From the NCBI GenBank assembly GCA_963666345.1, contig OY762721.1, positions 384,001 through 448,000 on the forward strand: 64,000 nucleotides of DNA, written 5' to 3'. This document shows, piece by piece, positions 41,113 to 51,305 of the stretch; positions within the stretch are counted from its first letter, which is position 1, and the number at the start of each line of letters is the position of its first letter. Both the position numbers and the translations under genes were made by a program. The notes beneath the pieces are model-generated. The model worked only from the letters and a program-made list of their open reading frames with translations. It searched no databases and was not told the origin of the DNA. Origin of the DNA: Desulfatiglandales bacterium (GTDB taxonomy: Bacteria; Desulfobacterota; DSM-4660; Desulfatiglandales; Desulfatiglandaceae).

Positions 41113-42318
41113 TTGTCACCTAAACAAGACACGAACAACTGCCCCGCCCCGGAACCGCTCAGAAATCATCTGGGTGTTGTCATATTTCTGACCCTCCTTT
41201 TTCTGATATCATTTCTTGCCAGATTTATATTTTCTCCCCTCATGCCCTCTATTGAAAAGGACCTGGGCGTCACACACGCGCAGGCAGGCTCGCTTTTCAT
41301 GGTCCTTTCGATCGGGTTCCTGACAGCTCAGCTGAGCTCCGGTTTTCTTACATCCCGGATACTTCACAGGGGCTCAATAATTACATCAGCCATTGCCATG
41401 GGGTTTTTCCTGATTCTCTTTTCTTTCCTCAGCTCCCTGAACCAGATTCGCCTGGTCATGGTGCTGCTCGGCATGGCCGCCGGGCTTCATCTTCCTTCCG
41501 CGGTAGCCACGATAACGGCCATGATAGATCGTCAGGACTGGGGCAAGGCCCTCGGGGTTCATCAAACCGCCCCAAGCATTGCCCTGGTAATGGGACCGCT
41601 TCTGGTTGTGGCACTGCCGCTTTCCTGGAGGACACTCCTTCTGCTGATAGGGATTTTATCCATTGCAGGAGGGATATCCTTTTTTATCTTTAACGGATCA
41701 GGAAGATTCCCCGGCCAGCAGCCCAGGCCTGCCAACGTGAAAGCGCTCCTTTCCTTGAAATCGTTCTGGATAATGGTCGCCCTGTTTTCCATGGGTATCG
41801 CTTCAAGTGCAGGGCTTTACACAATGATCCCGCTGTATCTTGCCTCGGAAAAGGGTTTTGATCCTGACACGGCCAATTTTCTTCTCGGTCTGTCCAGGGT
41901 TTCAGGTCTTTTCATAGTCATTGTTGCGGGATGGGTTGTCGACAGAATCGGTGAAAAAAAGACATTGTCAGGGGTCCTTTTTTTCTCCGGCCTGGGAACC
42001 ATCCTCCTTGGCCTTGCTTCCTCAAAATGGATCGTTCCGGCGCTTTTTCTTCAGCCTCTTATTGCATCCGGTTTTTTCCCTCCCGGATTCGCGGCCCTTT
42101 CACGGATAGTCTCACCAAGTTTCAGAAGTCTTGCTACTTCGCTTGTAGTTTCGATCGGCTTTCTTTTTGGAGGTGGTATGGTGCCTATGTTCCTTGGGTT
42201 GATGGGTGAAAAGGGGAACTTCGGTCTCGGGATTGTGCTACTGGGAGCTTTTACCGGCTTGATCCCGGTACTTTCCCTTTTTCTCAGGTTAAAACAGATG
42301 GAGGAACCCGGCTGCTGA
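41113..42318 (+). CDS. MFS transporter
   Basis: About 12 hydrophobic segments; GWVVDRIGEKK MFS loop motif. Confidence 0.9.
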   Translation: MSPKQDTNNCPAPEPLRNHLGVVIFLTLLFLISFLARFIFSPLMPSIEKDLGVTHAQAGSLFMVLSIGFLTAQLSSGFLTSRILHRGSIITSAIAMGFFLILFSFLSSLNQIRLVMVLLGMAAGLHLPSAVATITAMIDRQDWGKALGVHQTAPSIALVMGPLLVVALPLSWRTLLLLIGILSIAGGISFFIFNGSGRFPGQQPRPANVKALLSLKSFWIMVALFSMGIASSAGLYTMIPLYLASEKGFDPDTANFLLGLSRVSGLFIVIVAGWVVDRIGEKKTLSGVLFFSGLGTILLGLASSKWIVPALFLQPLIASGFFPPGFAALSRIVSPSFRSLATSLVVSIGFLFGGGMVPMFLGLMGEKGNFGLGIVLLGAFTGLIPVLSLFLRLKQMEEPGC

Positions 42319-42387
42319 CCAGGTCCCGGGGCAGATTCGACAACAGGAATGGACATTCATCAGCGGATGGAGGATTTTCAGTATTTT

Positions 42388-42537
42388 CTAACCCCTTCCG
42401 TCGTCACACGGTTCATCATCGTTTGTTGCCCTGGCATGTTCGGCACTGGGAGCAGTGGTACAATATTCAAGGTCCTCTTCAGAATCCTTTTTTATTGCCT
42501 CTTTTTTCTTTTTTTCTTCATTCTTTTTATCATCCAT
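42388..42537 (-). CDS. Small charged protein with two Cys (49 aa)
   Basis: RBS AAGGAG before ATG 42537; CTTAPSAEHAR...EPCDDGR. Confidence 0.6.
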   Translation of the reverse strand: MDDKKNEEKKKKEAIKKDSEEDLEYCTTAPSAEHARATNDDEPCDDGRG

Positions 42538-42592
42538 TTCTATCTTTCTCCTTGAAAAGGACCAAAAAAAATGCAACCCAGACAGACGGGGC

Positions 42593-42841
42593 CTATTTTG
42601 CAAGGTCCTTTATGTACTGGGCTATTATTATACCAAGATATATGCAGGCGTTACCCTCGATACATCGGTCGGCATCGCCTTTGTCCAAAAAGGCGTGCCG
42701 CTCCAGATCATCCTTTTTGAATGTTATGACCCATGCATCTTTGGCTTCATCAAATTCCAGGGCCATAGACAGATCATAAGTTCCGATTTCCGGATACATT
42801 TCAAAGAGCTTTTTCCTTAAGTCTTCCTCAGCATAACTCAT
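42593..42841 (-). CDS. Hypothetical protein
   Basis: RBS GAGGAGG; 82 aa, MYPEI...DADRCIEGNACIYLG. Confidence 0.7.
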   Translation of the reverse strand: MSYAEEDLRKKLFEMYPEIGTYDLSMALEFDEAKDAWVITFKKDDLERHAFLDKGDADRCIEGNACIYLGIIIAQYIKDLAK

Positions 42842-43064
42842 GGACAACCTCCTCGATACGGTTAACAGGTATGATCATAGAATCCGTGTCCCCTGGGCAT
42901 TAAAACTTCGGTTTACAAAATAAGATATGTATTAAAAGGGATAAATCAACGAAACCTTCCGGATCGACTGACCCGTTTTTTACATCAATATTAATTATCA
43001 ACCCCTTCCCAATCCGTCCGGATATAGGTTTCCGATAATTGAACGGTTCAGCCGGCATCCTTTT

Positions 43065-43550
43065 CTAAAGAGATGCCTTCTCAAGGATATAAATATCCTC
43101 TCTATCGGCCTTGCCGGGGTTAACCGGATAACGGGTATGGGCTATGACACTTAATCCTCCCTCAGGGACAAGGGAGATCTCCTGCTCCGTGTCCTCGGAA
43201 TCGTTGTGCCATGAAACAAGAATGACCCCGTCGTCACAGTCGGACACATGGGTCTCCCTGTAGCCCCAGTAGCAGTCATCAGGGCTGCATTTGCTCCACA
43301 CATGGATTTGAATCGTGGTAAGTTTTCTTTCGATCTTGACGGTTGTTATCCCTTGGGGCCTTACGGTATCCTTATTGACCCATGTGCCAGCAAACTCCGT
43401 GGCCTTTGCACCTGGCTGACCTAGCTTTTCCTCAGGCCCCTTACCCTTGCTGTAGAAATAAAACATGGCTACCAGCGCGGCAGCTATACTGATGACCGCA
43501 AAACTTACGCTTATTGCCTTTCTTATATCCATTCCATCACCATCACTCAT
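43065..43550 (-). CDS. Membrane-anchored hypothetical protein
   Basis: N-terminal TM helix; FAGTWVN beta-barrel-like start; CSPDDCYWG. Confidence 0.65.
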   Translation of the reverse strand: MSDGDGMDIRKAISVSFAVISIAAALVAMFYFYSKGKGPEEKLGQPGAKATEFAGTWVNKDTVRPQGITTVKIERKLTTIQIHVWSKCSPDDCYWGYRETHVSDCDDGVILVSWHNDSEDTEQEISLVPEGGLSVIAHTRYPVNPGKADREDIYILEKASL

Positions 43551-43917
43551 AAAAATTTAGGCGCCTTGCGACCTCTTTACCTCATTTTCAAAATATTCAG
43601 AAAGAAGGATAAACGGCCTGTTTTTTTGATATAAGGGAGCCATACAATCTATTATCCTTTTAATTCCATAAATGCAACCGGCTGACGGGACGCTAAATTG
43701 GCATCAAGAAGTAACATTTCCGTGCCTTATACGTTTGGAGTTGATCAGATGAAGGCAGGAAAAATTTTGTTCAGGTTTTCTACACATATCAAACTCTACC
43801 TTTTGACATGAAATTCAAATTTAACAACCAGAACAACGAATAACAAAACGGTGACAGAAATAATTCCTGCCGATAGGGCGGGACAACTGCGCTTTTTACG
43901 AAACCGTCAGGGTTGCA

Positions 43918-44415
43918 TCAGTCAAGCCTGTAACACTTAAGTATCTCCCCGAAATAGAGCGTATGGTAGTCTTTCTCAGGATAAAGCTTTTCATATTCCG
44001 CTATTAGATTATTTCTGTCCATGGGTGCCTTAAAAACGATCCTGCACTCAAAATGAATTCCCTTTGTCTTTATAACCGGGGATATGACACTCTTTGCAGG
44101 TACTGTCTCAAGGTTCAGCTCTTTTAACTTGTCATGATCGCGACCGGATTTCGTGCCGCAGAACATTATGGCATCCTTCATGTCCGACTCCGGCACCGTG
44201 ACCGTAAAATCCTCCGCCTTTTCCATTATGCCGAAGGTATGGCGTGAGTCCCTTACAGCCACCATAAATACTGGTTTTCTCCATACATAACCTATGAGGG
44301 CCCAACCGATGGTCATGGTGTTGAGGTTATTACCTGTCTTAACGGTCAAAAAGGCACCGCTCTTAATCCGTTCCATCGCCTCTTCGGCAATCTCCATGTA
44401 ATCGATATCTTTCAT
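43918..44415 (-). CDS. Flavin reductase-like FMN-binding protein
   Basis: NTMTIGW, RHTF, CGTKSGRDHDK, ECR, YHTLYFGEI. Confidence 0.9.
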   Translation of the reverse strand: MKDIDYMEIAEEAMERIKSGAFLTVKTGNNLNTMTIGWALIGYVWRKPVFMVAVRDSRHTFGIMEKAEDFTVTVPESDMKDAIMFCGTKSGRDHDKLKELNLETVPAKSVISPVIKTKGIHFECRIVFKAPMDRNNLIAEYEKLYPEKDYHTLYFGEILKCYRLD

Positions 44416-44722
44416 AACCGATGTCTCCTTTCATTTACTGTTTTAACCGCAGAAACTCATTTACGCCGCAAAAGGATATTTACCGCCTGATTATGGGCTG
44501 AAAGCTTTAGTTCAGGTTTGCGGGATTAAAGCCGGCTGCCTGTAAAAAACAATTCCATCCGGAAAGCGCTTTAAAATTGGCATTATAGTAGAATAGATCT
44601 CTTCAAAAATAAACCATGAACAGGGATCAGGTGCCCAAATGAGCCCTTGAAAAGCTGCAATGCAGGGGGTATAAAGTCCCATTAGTTTAAAGCCCGTCAG
44701 GTTTAAAGGAGGGTAAAAAATC

Positions 44723-45331
44723 ATGCCTGTTTCATTATCGGAAAAATTGCGTATACCCTTTACAAGGATCGCGGTACTTATCCTGTGCGCATCCATCATT
44801 TTATCGACAAGCAGATGGGAGCATATCTCGATTTTAAGCGATATATTGTTTTTAACAGGATGCGTGCTCGCAGGAGTCGCATCATTGGGCCGTCTTTGGT
44901 GTTCCCTATATATCGCAGGATATAAAAACGCTACTCTTGTAACAGAAGGGCCCTATTCTATCACAAGAAACCCTCTTTATTTCTTCAGCCTCATAGGAGC
45001 GGTAGGTGTTGGACTCGCTACAGAGACATTGTTTATTCCTTTAGCGATCATAATTCTCTTCTCCATCTATTACCCGAGCGTGATCAAGAGCGAGGAGGAC
45101 AGGTTGTCGGACACCCATGGAAGAGCCTTTGATGCTTATTCAAAAAAGACTCCTGCCTTTTTCCCGAATTTATTTCTATTGAAAGAGCCGAACACATATA
45201 TTGTAAATCCGAAGATTTTCAGGAAAAACCTGATGGGAGCGCTTTGGTTTGTATGGTTCATAGGGATTTTAGAGCTTGTAGAGGCGTTTCATGAAGCGAA
45301 TATAATACCAGTTGTTCTGGAGATATATTAG
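44723..45331 (+). CDS. Isoprenylcysteine carboxylmethyltransferase family membrane protein
   Basis: LVTEGPYSITRNPLY, EEDRL, Y..KTPAFFP. Confidence 0.88.
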   Translation: MPVSLSEKLRIPFTRIAVLILCASIILSTSRWEHISILSDILFLTGCVLAGVASLGRLWCSLYIAGYKNATLVTEGPYSITRNPLYFFSLIGAVGVGLATETLFIPLAIIILFSIYYPSVIKSEEDRLSDTHGRAFDAYSKKTPAFFPNLFLLKEPNTYIVNPKIFRKNLMGALWFVWFIGILELVEAFHEANIIPVVLEIY

Positions 45332-45408
45332 TCTTCTTTTGAGAAGAGACCTATAAATTGAAGGCCGTTTAAAGACAACCCCCAAAAGGATTTCAGGAAA
45401 GAAATATA

Positions 45409-46473
45409 ATGGGAATAAAATTCAGGCATATCAGTACACAGAACAGTCTCATAAACCCTTTAAAGGGCTTCACTCCGGATGAGATACCGCTTGAGATACG
45501 ATTCGACCCGCTCACGGGGCAGACCGGGAGGGTATTCGATCTTCCCTACAGACCCCCTGAAAGACCCGACCTTCAGAAAGTGGTAGAAAAATCAAGAGAG
45601 ATCTTCTGCCCCTTCTGCCCTGATACGCTGGCAAATTCGACACCTCTTTTCCCGGAGGAGCTTATCCCGGAGGGAAGAATAACGGTTGGAAAGGCCACTT
45701 TGATCCCCAACCTGCTCCCGCTTGACACCTACGCGGCCGTGACGGTGATCTCCGATGAGCACTATATAGCAATGGAAGACCTTGTCCCCGAAAGGATCAC
45801 GGATGCCTTTATAGCGGCTCACAGATTTATAAAGAGGGTCCTTAATGCCGATCCCGCCATGAATTATTTCTATATAAACTGGAACTACATGCCGCCTGCC
45901 GGTTCCAGCATGGTTCACCCCCACATTCAGGTGAACTGCGGAAGCGTGCCCACCAACCAGCACAGGCTCCAGATCGAGGCATGCAGGAGCTATCGTGAGG
46001 CTAATGGAAGCGACTTCTGGGCCGACTACATGGAGGCGGAAAAAATAGAAAAAGAGCGTTATCTTGGAGAATCGGGCGAAGGCACTTTCTGGGTCATGAA
46101 CTATGTACCCCAGAGCTTTATCCCTGATGTGTGGTGCGTATTCAAAGGGCATGACTCGCTTGAATTCATTTCCGAAGGAGAGATTTTCTCCTTTGTCGAG
46201 GGGCTTTCAAGGATATTGAAATACTACCACAGTCAAAATATCTACAGCTTCAACATGGGGCTTTTCTCCGTAAGGCAAGACGATGACTTCAGAATCAATG
46301 CAAAAATCTGCCCGAGGCTTCTGCCGAGGGACATAGGCAACAGCGATCAGACCTACTTCCAGACGGTGCACAAAGAACCATGCAGCGTCTGGAGACCCGA
46401 GTCAATATGTCCCATGGTAAGGGATTTTTTCAATGATGGTCAGGCCACTATAGATGGTCGCGAACGACCTTGA
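45409..46473 (+). CDS. GalT-like nucleotidylyltransferase (HIT superfamily)
   Basis: RFDPLTG, CPFCP, AGSSMVHPHIQ (HxHxQ). Confidence 0.8.
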   Translation: MGIKFRHISTQNSLINPLKGFTPDEIPLEIRFDPLTGQTGRVFDLPYRPPERPDLQKVVEKSREIFCPFCPDTLANSTPLFPEELIPEGRITVGKATLIPNLLPLDTYAAVTVISDEHYIAMEDLVPERITDAFIAAHRFIKRVLNADPAMNYFYINWNYMPPAGSSMVHPHIQVNCGSVPTNQHRLQIEACRSYREANGSDFWADYMEAEKIEKERYLGESGEGTFWVMNYVPQSFIPDVWCVFKGHDSLEFISEGEIFSFVEGLSRILKYYHSQNIYSFNMGLFSVRQDDDFRINAKICPRLLPRDIGNSDQTYFQTVHKEPCSVWRPESICPMVRDFFNDGQATIDGRERP

Positions 46474-46972
46474 GCAGCTTTTCTATGTCCCCTGCACCCA
46501 GTTTTCCATCCTTTCTGAAGATAAGCCGCCCCTCGCGGTCAAAGGCGAGCACATCGCTGGTGTCGTCTGACAGGCCCCATTTTTCAACAAGCGCCTTTTT
46601 GTAATCCCTCACATAGGTCGTTCTGGGGTATTGTTTCTGTTTTTTCTTGAGCGAGGAGGATATGGCAAAATTGGGGAGCCATGTGGCGGCCATATTTATT
46701 ATGGCCACGGACTGGTACTTCTCATCCGGGAAGTTTTCTTTTTTGAGTGCCTCACTGGCATCGTTATTCAAATCCTTTTCATCAGGGTCCACATAAAAGA
46801 GCACAAACACCCTGCCCCGCATTTCATCGCTGCTCCATGCCGCGCCGTCAAGGCGTCCTCCCAGATCCTCCTTAAGCTCAATTCTTTCAGGGATCTCCCC
46901 CGGTTTGACCTCTGCATAGGCAAAAGAGGCAACAAAAAACATAGACACCAGGATAAAAAGAATGCGCTTCAT
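46448..46972 (-). CDS. YtfJ-family exported thioredoxin-like protein
   Basis: Signal peptide, WSSDEMRGRV, KYQSVAIIN, DREGRLIFRKDGKL. Confidence 0.75.
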   Translation of the reverse strand: MKRILFILVSMFFVASFAYAEVKPGEIPERIELKEDLGGRLDGAAWSSDEMRGRVFVLFYVDPDEKDLNNDASEALKKENFPDEKYQSVAIINMAATWLPNFAISSSLKKKQKQYPRTTYVRDYKKALVEKWGLSDDTSDVLAFDREGRLIFRKDGKLGAGDIEKLLKVVRDHL

Positions 46973-47182
46973 ATCTGACCTCCTTTTTTGACCCCCATAT
47001 TACAATCATTGAAGCGAAGAATCTTGCCCTCCAGGACCCGGGTTTATCCGCACGAAAACATCTTCTCCCGAATACAGTCATAAAAAGTTCTTGAAATGAG
47101 ATTAAAGGCATGCGATCAGAGGATATAATAGCATGTGATGCTGTTCTTTTAAACATCAATATAAAGACACCACCGCCCGCAC

Positions 47183-47364
47183 GACCAGGCACCGATCTGT
47201 CCCTGAAAGGGGCTTGGTTGCCATAACGGTAATCAGGATGCCTGAAGTGAGCCGAGACATCCGGAATGAATCCGACTAATCTTTCACAGATAACAGGAGT
47301 CCGTCCTGGTCCGGCTCACAGAGCCGGTGACACTCAGGTGAAACATGAGATTCTCAAGGAGAAT
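47183..47364 (+). ncRNA. Candidate structured 5' leader RNA (no known family recognised)
   Basis: Nested stems gaccagg/cctggtc and atctgt/acagat enclose several hairpins; alternative pairings of cggctc; a hairpin covers the RBS. Confidence 0.35.
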
Positions 47365-47370
47365 AGGACA

Positions 47371-48342
47371 TTGAAAATAGTAGTACTTGACGGATACACA
47401 TTAAATCCGGGGGATAACCCCTGGGACGAGATCTCCGGGATGGGTGATCTGAAAGTCTATGAGCGCTCTCACAGAGATCAGATCCCAGCAAGGGCTCAAT
47501 CCGCGCAGATCGTCCTTACAAACAAGGCACCCATCAGCGGCGATAACATCCGTGATCTACCGGATCTCAGATTTATATCCGTGCTTGCAACAGGCTACGA
47601 CATCGTTGACATCAAAGAGGCCGGCAAGAGGGGGATTCCGGTTTCAAACGTGCCAGAGTATGGTACGGACTCTGTGGCGCAGTTTGTAATGGCACTCCTC
47701 CTGGAGTTATGTCATAATGCGGGAAGTCACTCCATGAGCGTACGCGCGGGCAAATGGTGCCTTAGCCATGACTGGTGCTTCTGGAACTCCCCCCAGATGC
47801 TTCTGAAAAATAAGAGAATGGGGATAGTCGGATTCGGTCGGATCGGCAGAAGGCTCGGAGAACTAGCTCATGCCTTCGGCATGGGGGTGTATGCCTGTGA
47901 CCCTGTCCATGAACACACGCCCGATTACAGCGGCTTTCAGTGGAAATCTCTTGAAGAACTGTTCAGCCGTTCGGATGTGGTAAGCCTCCACTGCCCTCAG
48001 ACCCCGGAAAATACCGGATTCGTCAACTCCCGGCTGCTTGACAAAATGAAGCCGGGGGCCTTTTTCATAAATGCCGCAAGGGGTGGACTGGTAAGGGAAA
48101 ACGATCTTGCATATGCCCTTGACAATGGGATCATAGGAGGAGCGGCTCTCGACGTTGTTTCATCCGAACCCCCTGAAGTGAATAACCCGCTTTTAGCCGC
48201 TAGAAACTGCATCATCACCCCGCATATGGCATGGGCATCCCTTGACGCCCGAATAAAACTGATGAAGATGACAGTGAAAAATATCAAGGCCTTTCTAGAA
48301 AACAGGCCTGAAAACGTAGTAAACAGCAGGTATTTGAGTTAA
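47371..48342 (+). CDS. D-2-hydroxyacid dehydrogenase (glycerate dehydrogenase/hydroxypyruvate reductase-like)
   Basis: KIVVLDGYTLNPGD start (TTG 47371 after AAGGAG), GFGRIG, LHCP, NAARG, LDV, TPHMAW. Confidence 0.9.
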   Translation: MKIVVLDGYTLNPGDNPWDEISGMGDLKVYERSHRDQIPARAQSAQIVLTNKAPISGDNIRDLPDLRFISVLATGYDIVDIKEAGKRGIPVSNVPEYGTDSVAQFVMALLLELCHNAGSHSMSVRAGKWCLSHDWCFWNSPQMLLKNKRMGIVGFGRIGRRLGELAHAFGMGVYACDPVHEHTPDYSGFQWKSLEELFSRSDVVSLHCPQTPENTGFVNSRLLDKMKPGAFFINAARGGLVRENDLAYALDNGIIGGAALDVVSSEPPEVNNPLLAARNCIITPHMAWASLDARIKLMKMTVKNIKAFLENRPENVVNSRYLS

Positions 48343-48355
48343 TAAGGGATGGAAG

Positions 48356-49933
48356 CTATCCATCAACCTTATGCCGCCTGATCATATTCAAGACCGTTTT
48401 GGCCTCTGAACAGCCGATAGCAAGGGCAGTGACAAAATATATAAGCGCCCCTGAAATGACAAGGGCAGTCAACTCGAAAATCATCTTTGCAAGCCCGGAA
48501 TCGGCAGATATCTCAAACCAGTTACTGCCGAGGAAATATACACACATACCCATAAGCAGGGCTGCCGCGCCGCTCTTAGCCACGGATAAAAGCACGGGTC
48601 TCAAAAATCCCGCCCCCGCCTTTCGCCCCATGATATACACAAGCATGCAGAATTGTATGGATGAAGCAATCGACAGGGCGAAGGCGAGTCCGCCATGTTT
48701 CAGCGGTCCCATCATTGCGAGGCTTAAAAGCACATTCATGACCAGGGCCACTACCGCTACCTTCACAGGAGTCTTTGTGTCCTGAAGCGCGTAAAAGGCC
48801 GCCACCATAACCCTTATGCCTGAAAAGGCCCAGAGTCCGACAGCGTAAAAAAACAGGGCCCTGCCGGTCATCATGGTGGAATAGCCGTCAAATGCCCCTC
48901 TTTCGAAAAAGAGCATGATAATCGGTCTGCCGATTATCATTAATCCCGCCATAGAAGGAAGTGTAAGAAAAAACACCAGCCGAAGCGAGTGACTCAGGGT
49001 ATCGCTGAAGCGGTTCAGGTCATTTTCCGCCGCATGCGTGGACAGAGACGGAAGCACGGCGGTACTCACGGCAATTGCAAATACTCCAAGAGGAAACTGT
49101 ACCAGCCGGTCCGCGTAATACAGCCATGACACACTTCCTTCAGGTAGAAAGGAGGCAAGCAGCGTCCCCATGAACTGGTTGAACTGGTACACGGCCGAAC
49201 CAAAGACAGCCGGAAGCATCAGTACCCCTATTCTCTTAACCGCCGGATGCCGTGGCCGCCAGCTTGGAAACAGCCTGAAACCCTCTTTTAATGCAGCCGG
49301 TATCTGGATCACTGTCTGAAGAAAACCACCTATAAGCACACCGATTGCCAGGCCTACAATAGGCTCGCTTAGATGAGGGGAAATCAAAAAGGCGGCCCCT
49401 ATTATCCCGAGGTTTAAAAATATCGGAGCGGCGGCCGGTTCCGCAAAACGCCTGAGGGAATTGAGGAGTCCCATGAAAAACGCCACAATGCTTATAAAAA
49501 AAATATATGGAAAGGTAATCATGGTAAGAAGCACTGTAAGGTCGTATTTAACTCCTGCACCACCGAAACCGAACGCCTGTATCCTTACGATCCATGGGGA
49601 AAACAGGATACCCGCCAAAGTCACCACAACAAGGATCGCCGACAGGATCGTCAGCACGACCCGTGCCAGATCAAAGGCCTCTTTTTTCCCCTTTTTTGAA
49701 AGGTATTCAGTGAACACCGGTATAAACGATATTGTGAGAGATCCTTCTGCAAAGAGCCTCCTCAGCAGATTCGGAATCCGGAATGCGACAAAAAACGCAT
49801 CGGCCGCCATGCCCGATCCAAACAGTGCCGCCACAACAATGTCTCTCACAAGTCCCAGTATTCTACTCAGGAGCGTAAAAAACCCTACTACTCCAGCCGC
49901 CCTGCTCACCCTGCTTTTCTCGGAATATGGCAA
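48356..49933 (-). CDS. murJ: Lipid II flippase MurJ
   Basis: SRILGLVRD, FRIPNLLRRLFAEG, LYYADRLVQFPLG, FYALQDTKTP. Confidence 0.96.
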   Translation of the reverse strand: MPYSEKSRVSRAAGVVGFFTLLSRILGLVRDIVVAALFGSGMAADAFFVAFRIPNLLRRLFAEGSLTISFIPVFTEYLSKKGKKEAFDLARVVLTILSAILVVVTLAGILFSPWIVRIQAFGFGGAGVKYDLTVLLTMITFPYIFFISIVAFFMGLLNSLRRFAEPAAAPIFLNLGIIGAAFLISPHLSEPIVGLAIGVLIGGFLQTVIQIPAALKEGFRLFPSWRPRHPAVKRIGVLMLPAVFGSAVYQFNQFMGTLLASFLPEGSVSWLYYADRLVQFPLGVFAIAVSTAVLPSLSTHAAENDLNRFSDTLSHSLRLVFFLTLPSMAGLMIIGRPIIMLFFERGAFDGYSTMMTGRALFFYAVGLWAFSGIRVMVAAFYALQDTKTPVKVAVVALVMNVLLSLAMMGPLKHGGLAFALSIASSIQFCMLVYIMGRKAGAGFLRPVLLSVAKSGAAALLMGMCVYFLGSNWFEISADSGLAKMIFELTALVISGALIYFVTALAIGCSEAKTVLNMIRRHKVDG

Positions 49934-49953
49934 GTCTTTCTCCTAAAAATACC

Positions 49954-49983
49954 TTGACACTGAAACGATCTTTATACTAGACT
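49954..49983 (+). promoter_or_regulatory. Probable sigma70 promoter of rpsT
   Basis: TTGACA-N18-TAGACT upstream of the AGGAGG RBS. Confidence 0.45.
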
Positions 49984-50018
49984 TACAGATTCAAATTTCT
50001 TAACTAGGAGGCATGCTC

Positions 50019-50288
50019 TTGGCAAACCATAGGTCAGCCCTTAAGAGGGCTCGTCAAAATGAAGTAAGAAGGCTGCGCAACAAAGGTTATAAAAGCAAAA
50101 CCAAAAAGGCCATCAAGGCAGTGAGAGCGGCCATAGCTGAAAATTCTCCGGAACAGGCACAGGAAAGGCTGATAAACGCCGTTTCGATCCTTCAGAAAAC
50201 CGCTTCCAAGGGCGTGATCCACAAAAATCAGGCCTCAAAGAAGATTTCGCGCCTTACTCGCCAGATCAATCAGCTCGAAGCCTCCTGA
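50019..50288 (+). CDS. rpsT: 30S ribosomal protein S20
   Basis: ANHRSALKRARQ...KGVIHKNQASKKISRL; start is TTG 50019 or ATG 50013. Confidence 0.95.
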   Translation: MANHRSALKRARQNEVRRLRNKGYKSKTKKAIKAVRAAIAENSPEQAQERLINAVSILQKTASKGVIHKNQASKKISRLTRQINQLEAS

Positions 50289-50294
50289 TTGATA

Positions 50295-51305
50295 TCAGGA
50301 GCATATGGACAATATTATATTTTCGAGAACAAAATTCGCTCGAAAGCCTGACTTAAGAAGCCCGTCAGCCTGGTAGAGCAGGTGAATAGTGCCCTCAAGA
50401 TCCTCGGCAGTCCAGTTCCTTGATTGCGTGAGGAGTTTTTTTGCGATAAAAGGCTGGATCTTCAGTTTTTTGGCTATGTCCCCTGCCCTTCCACCCCCCT
50501 TAATAATCTCCACTGATCCCATCAGCAAAACCATCTGCCTGTTAATCATGGAAAGGACCCTGCCGAGCGCCCCTTCCTCCCTTTCCTCCTCCAGAAATCT
50601 CCTCAAAGCGGAGAGTGATTCAGCGCAGCGTTTCTCTGATATGCTGTCTATCAATTCAAATATAGTATATATCCTGCTGTAGATGGCACTATCCCTGACC
50701 TGCTTTATACCAACCCCTTGATCAAGAAAAAGCAGGGAGAGCTTTTCAAGCTCCGAGTACAGTTCCATGGATCTGTTTCCCACAACCTGCTGCAGGAGGT
50801 GGCAGGCATCGGGTTCCAGCCTGAAACCCAGTTCCTCGGACCTTTTCATCAGCCAGGGGAATACCTGGTTCTGGGTTATCTCACTGAAATTAACGGAAAG
50901 CCCTTTGTCCCTTATACCCTTGTAGAACCTGTTCCTGAAATCCGCCTTTGACGTCACAAAAAGGAGGCAGGTAGATTCAACCGGATTTTCCATATAGGGT
51001 AAAAAAGCTTCCAGTCTGGAAGCGCTCAACTTATCCGTTCTTCGGAGAATTATGAGCCGGTTTTCAGACATGAAAGGCATGGTCCTGGCAAGATCCAGGA
51101 CCTGAGCGGGCGCGAAATCTCTGTCATCGGCATAGAAAAGGTGGGAATTGAAATCTTTTGTCTCAGGCGGTATAAATTCCTTTCTTATTCTCTCCAGCAC
51201 CCGTTCCCGCCTGAATTCATTTGCCCCGTAAAAGAGATAATATGGGTCAAGGACCCCATTTTTCAATTTCTTCAAGACCTTCTCGGGTGAAAGCTCTGGG
51301 GCCAT
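50295..51305 (-). CDS. holA: DNA polymerase III delta subunit
   Basis: YLFYG, TMPFMSENRL, ELEKL, IFELID; leuS-lptE-holA synteny. Confidence 0.88.
   Translation of the reverse strand: MAPELSPEKVLKKLKNGVLDPYYLFYGANEFRRERVLERIRKEFIPPETKDFNSHLFYADDRDFAPAQVLDLARTMPFMSENRLIILRRTDKLSASRLEAFLPYMENPVESTCLLFVTSKADFRNRFYKGIRDKGLSVNFSEITQNQVFPWLMKRSEELGFRLEPDACHLLQQVVGNRSMELYSELEKLSLLFLDQGVGIKQVRDSAIYSRIYTIFELIDSISEKRCAESLSALRRFLEEEREEGALGRVLSMINRQMVLLMGSVEIIKGGGRAGDIAKKLKIQPFIAKKLLTQSRNWTAEDLEGTIHLLYQADGLLKSGFRANFVLENIILSICS

Noticed and set aside
42310..42555. MFS gene ends GC-TGA with an open frame beyond it, a possible third Sec site
   Set aside because: There is no CGGTCTGG hairpin at +21. The extension is low-complexity antisense to the 42388-42537 gene, and the MFS fold is already complete.
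43670..43705. gcaacc...gggacgctaaa resembling a c-di-GMP-I riboswitch
   Set aside because: Poor stem, no second hairpin, and no downstream gene on that strand.
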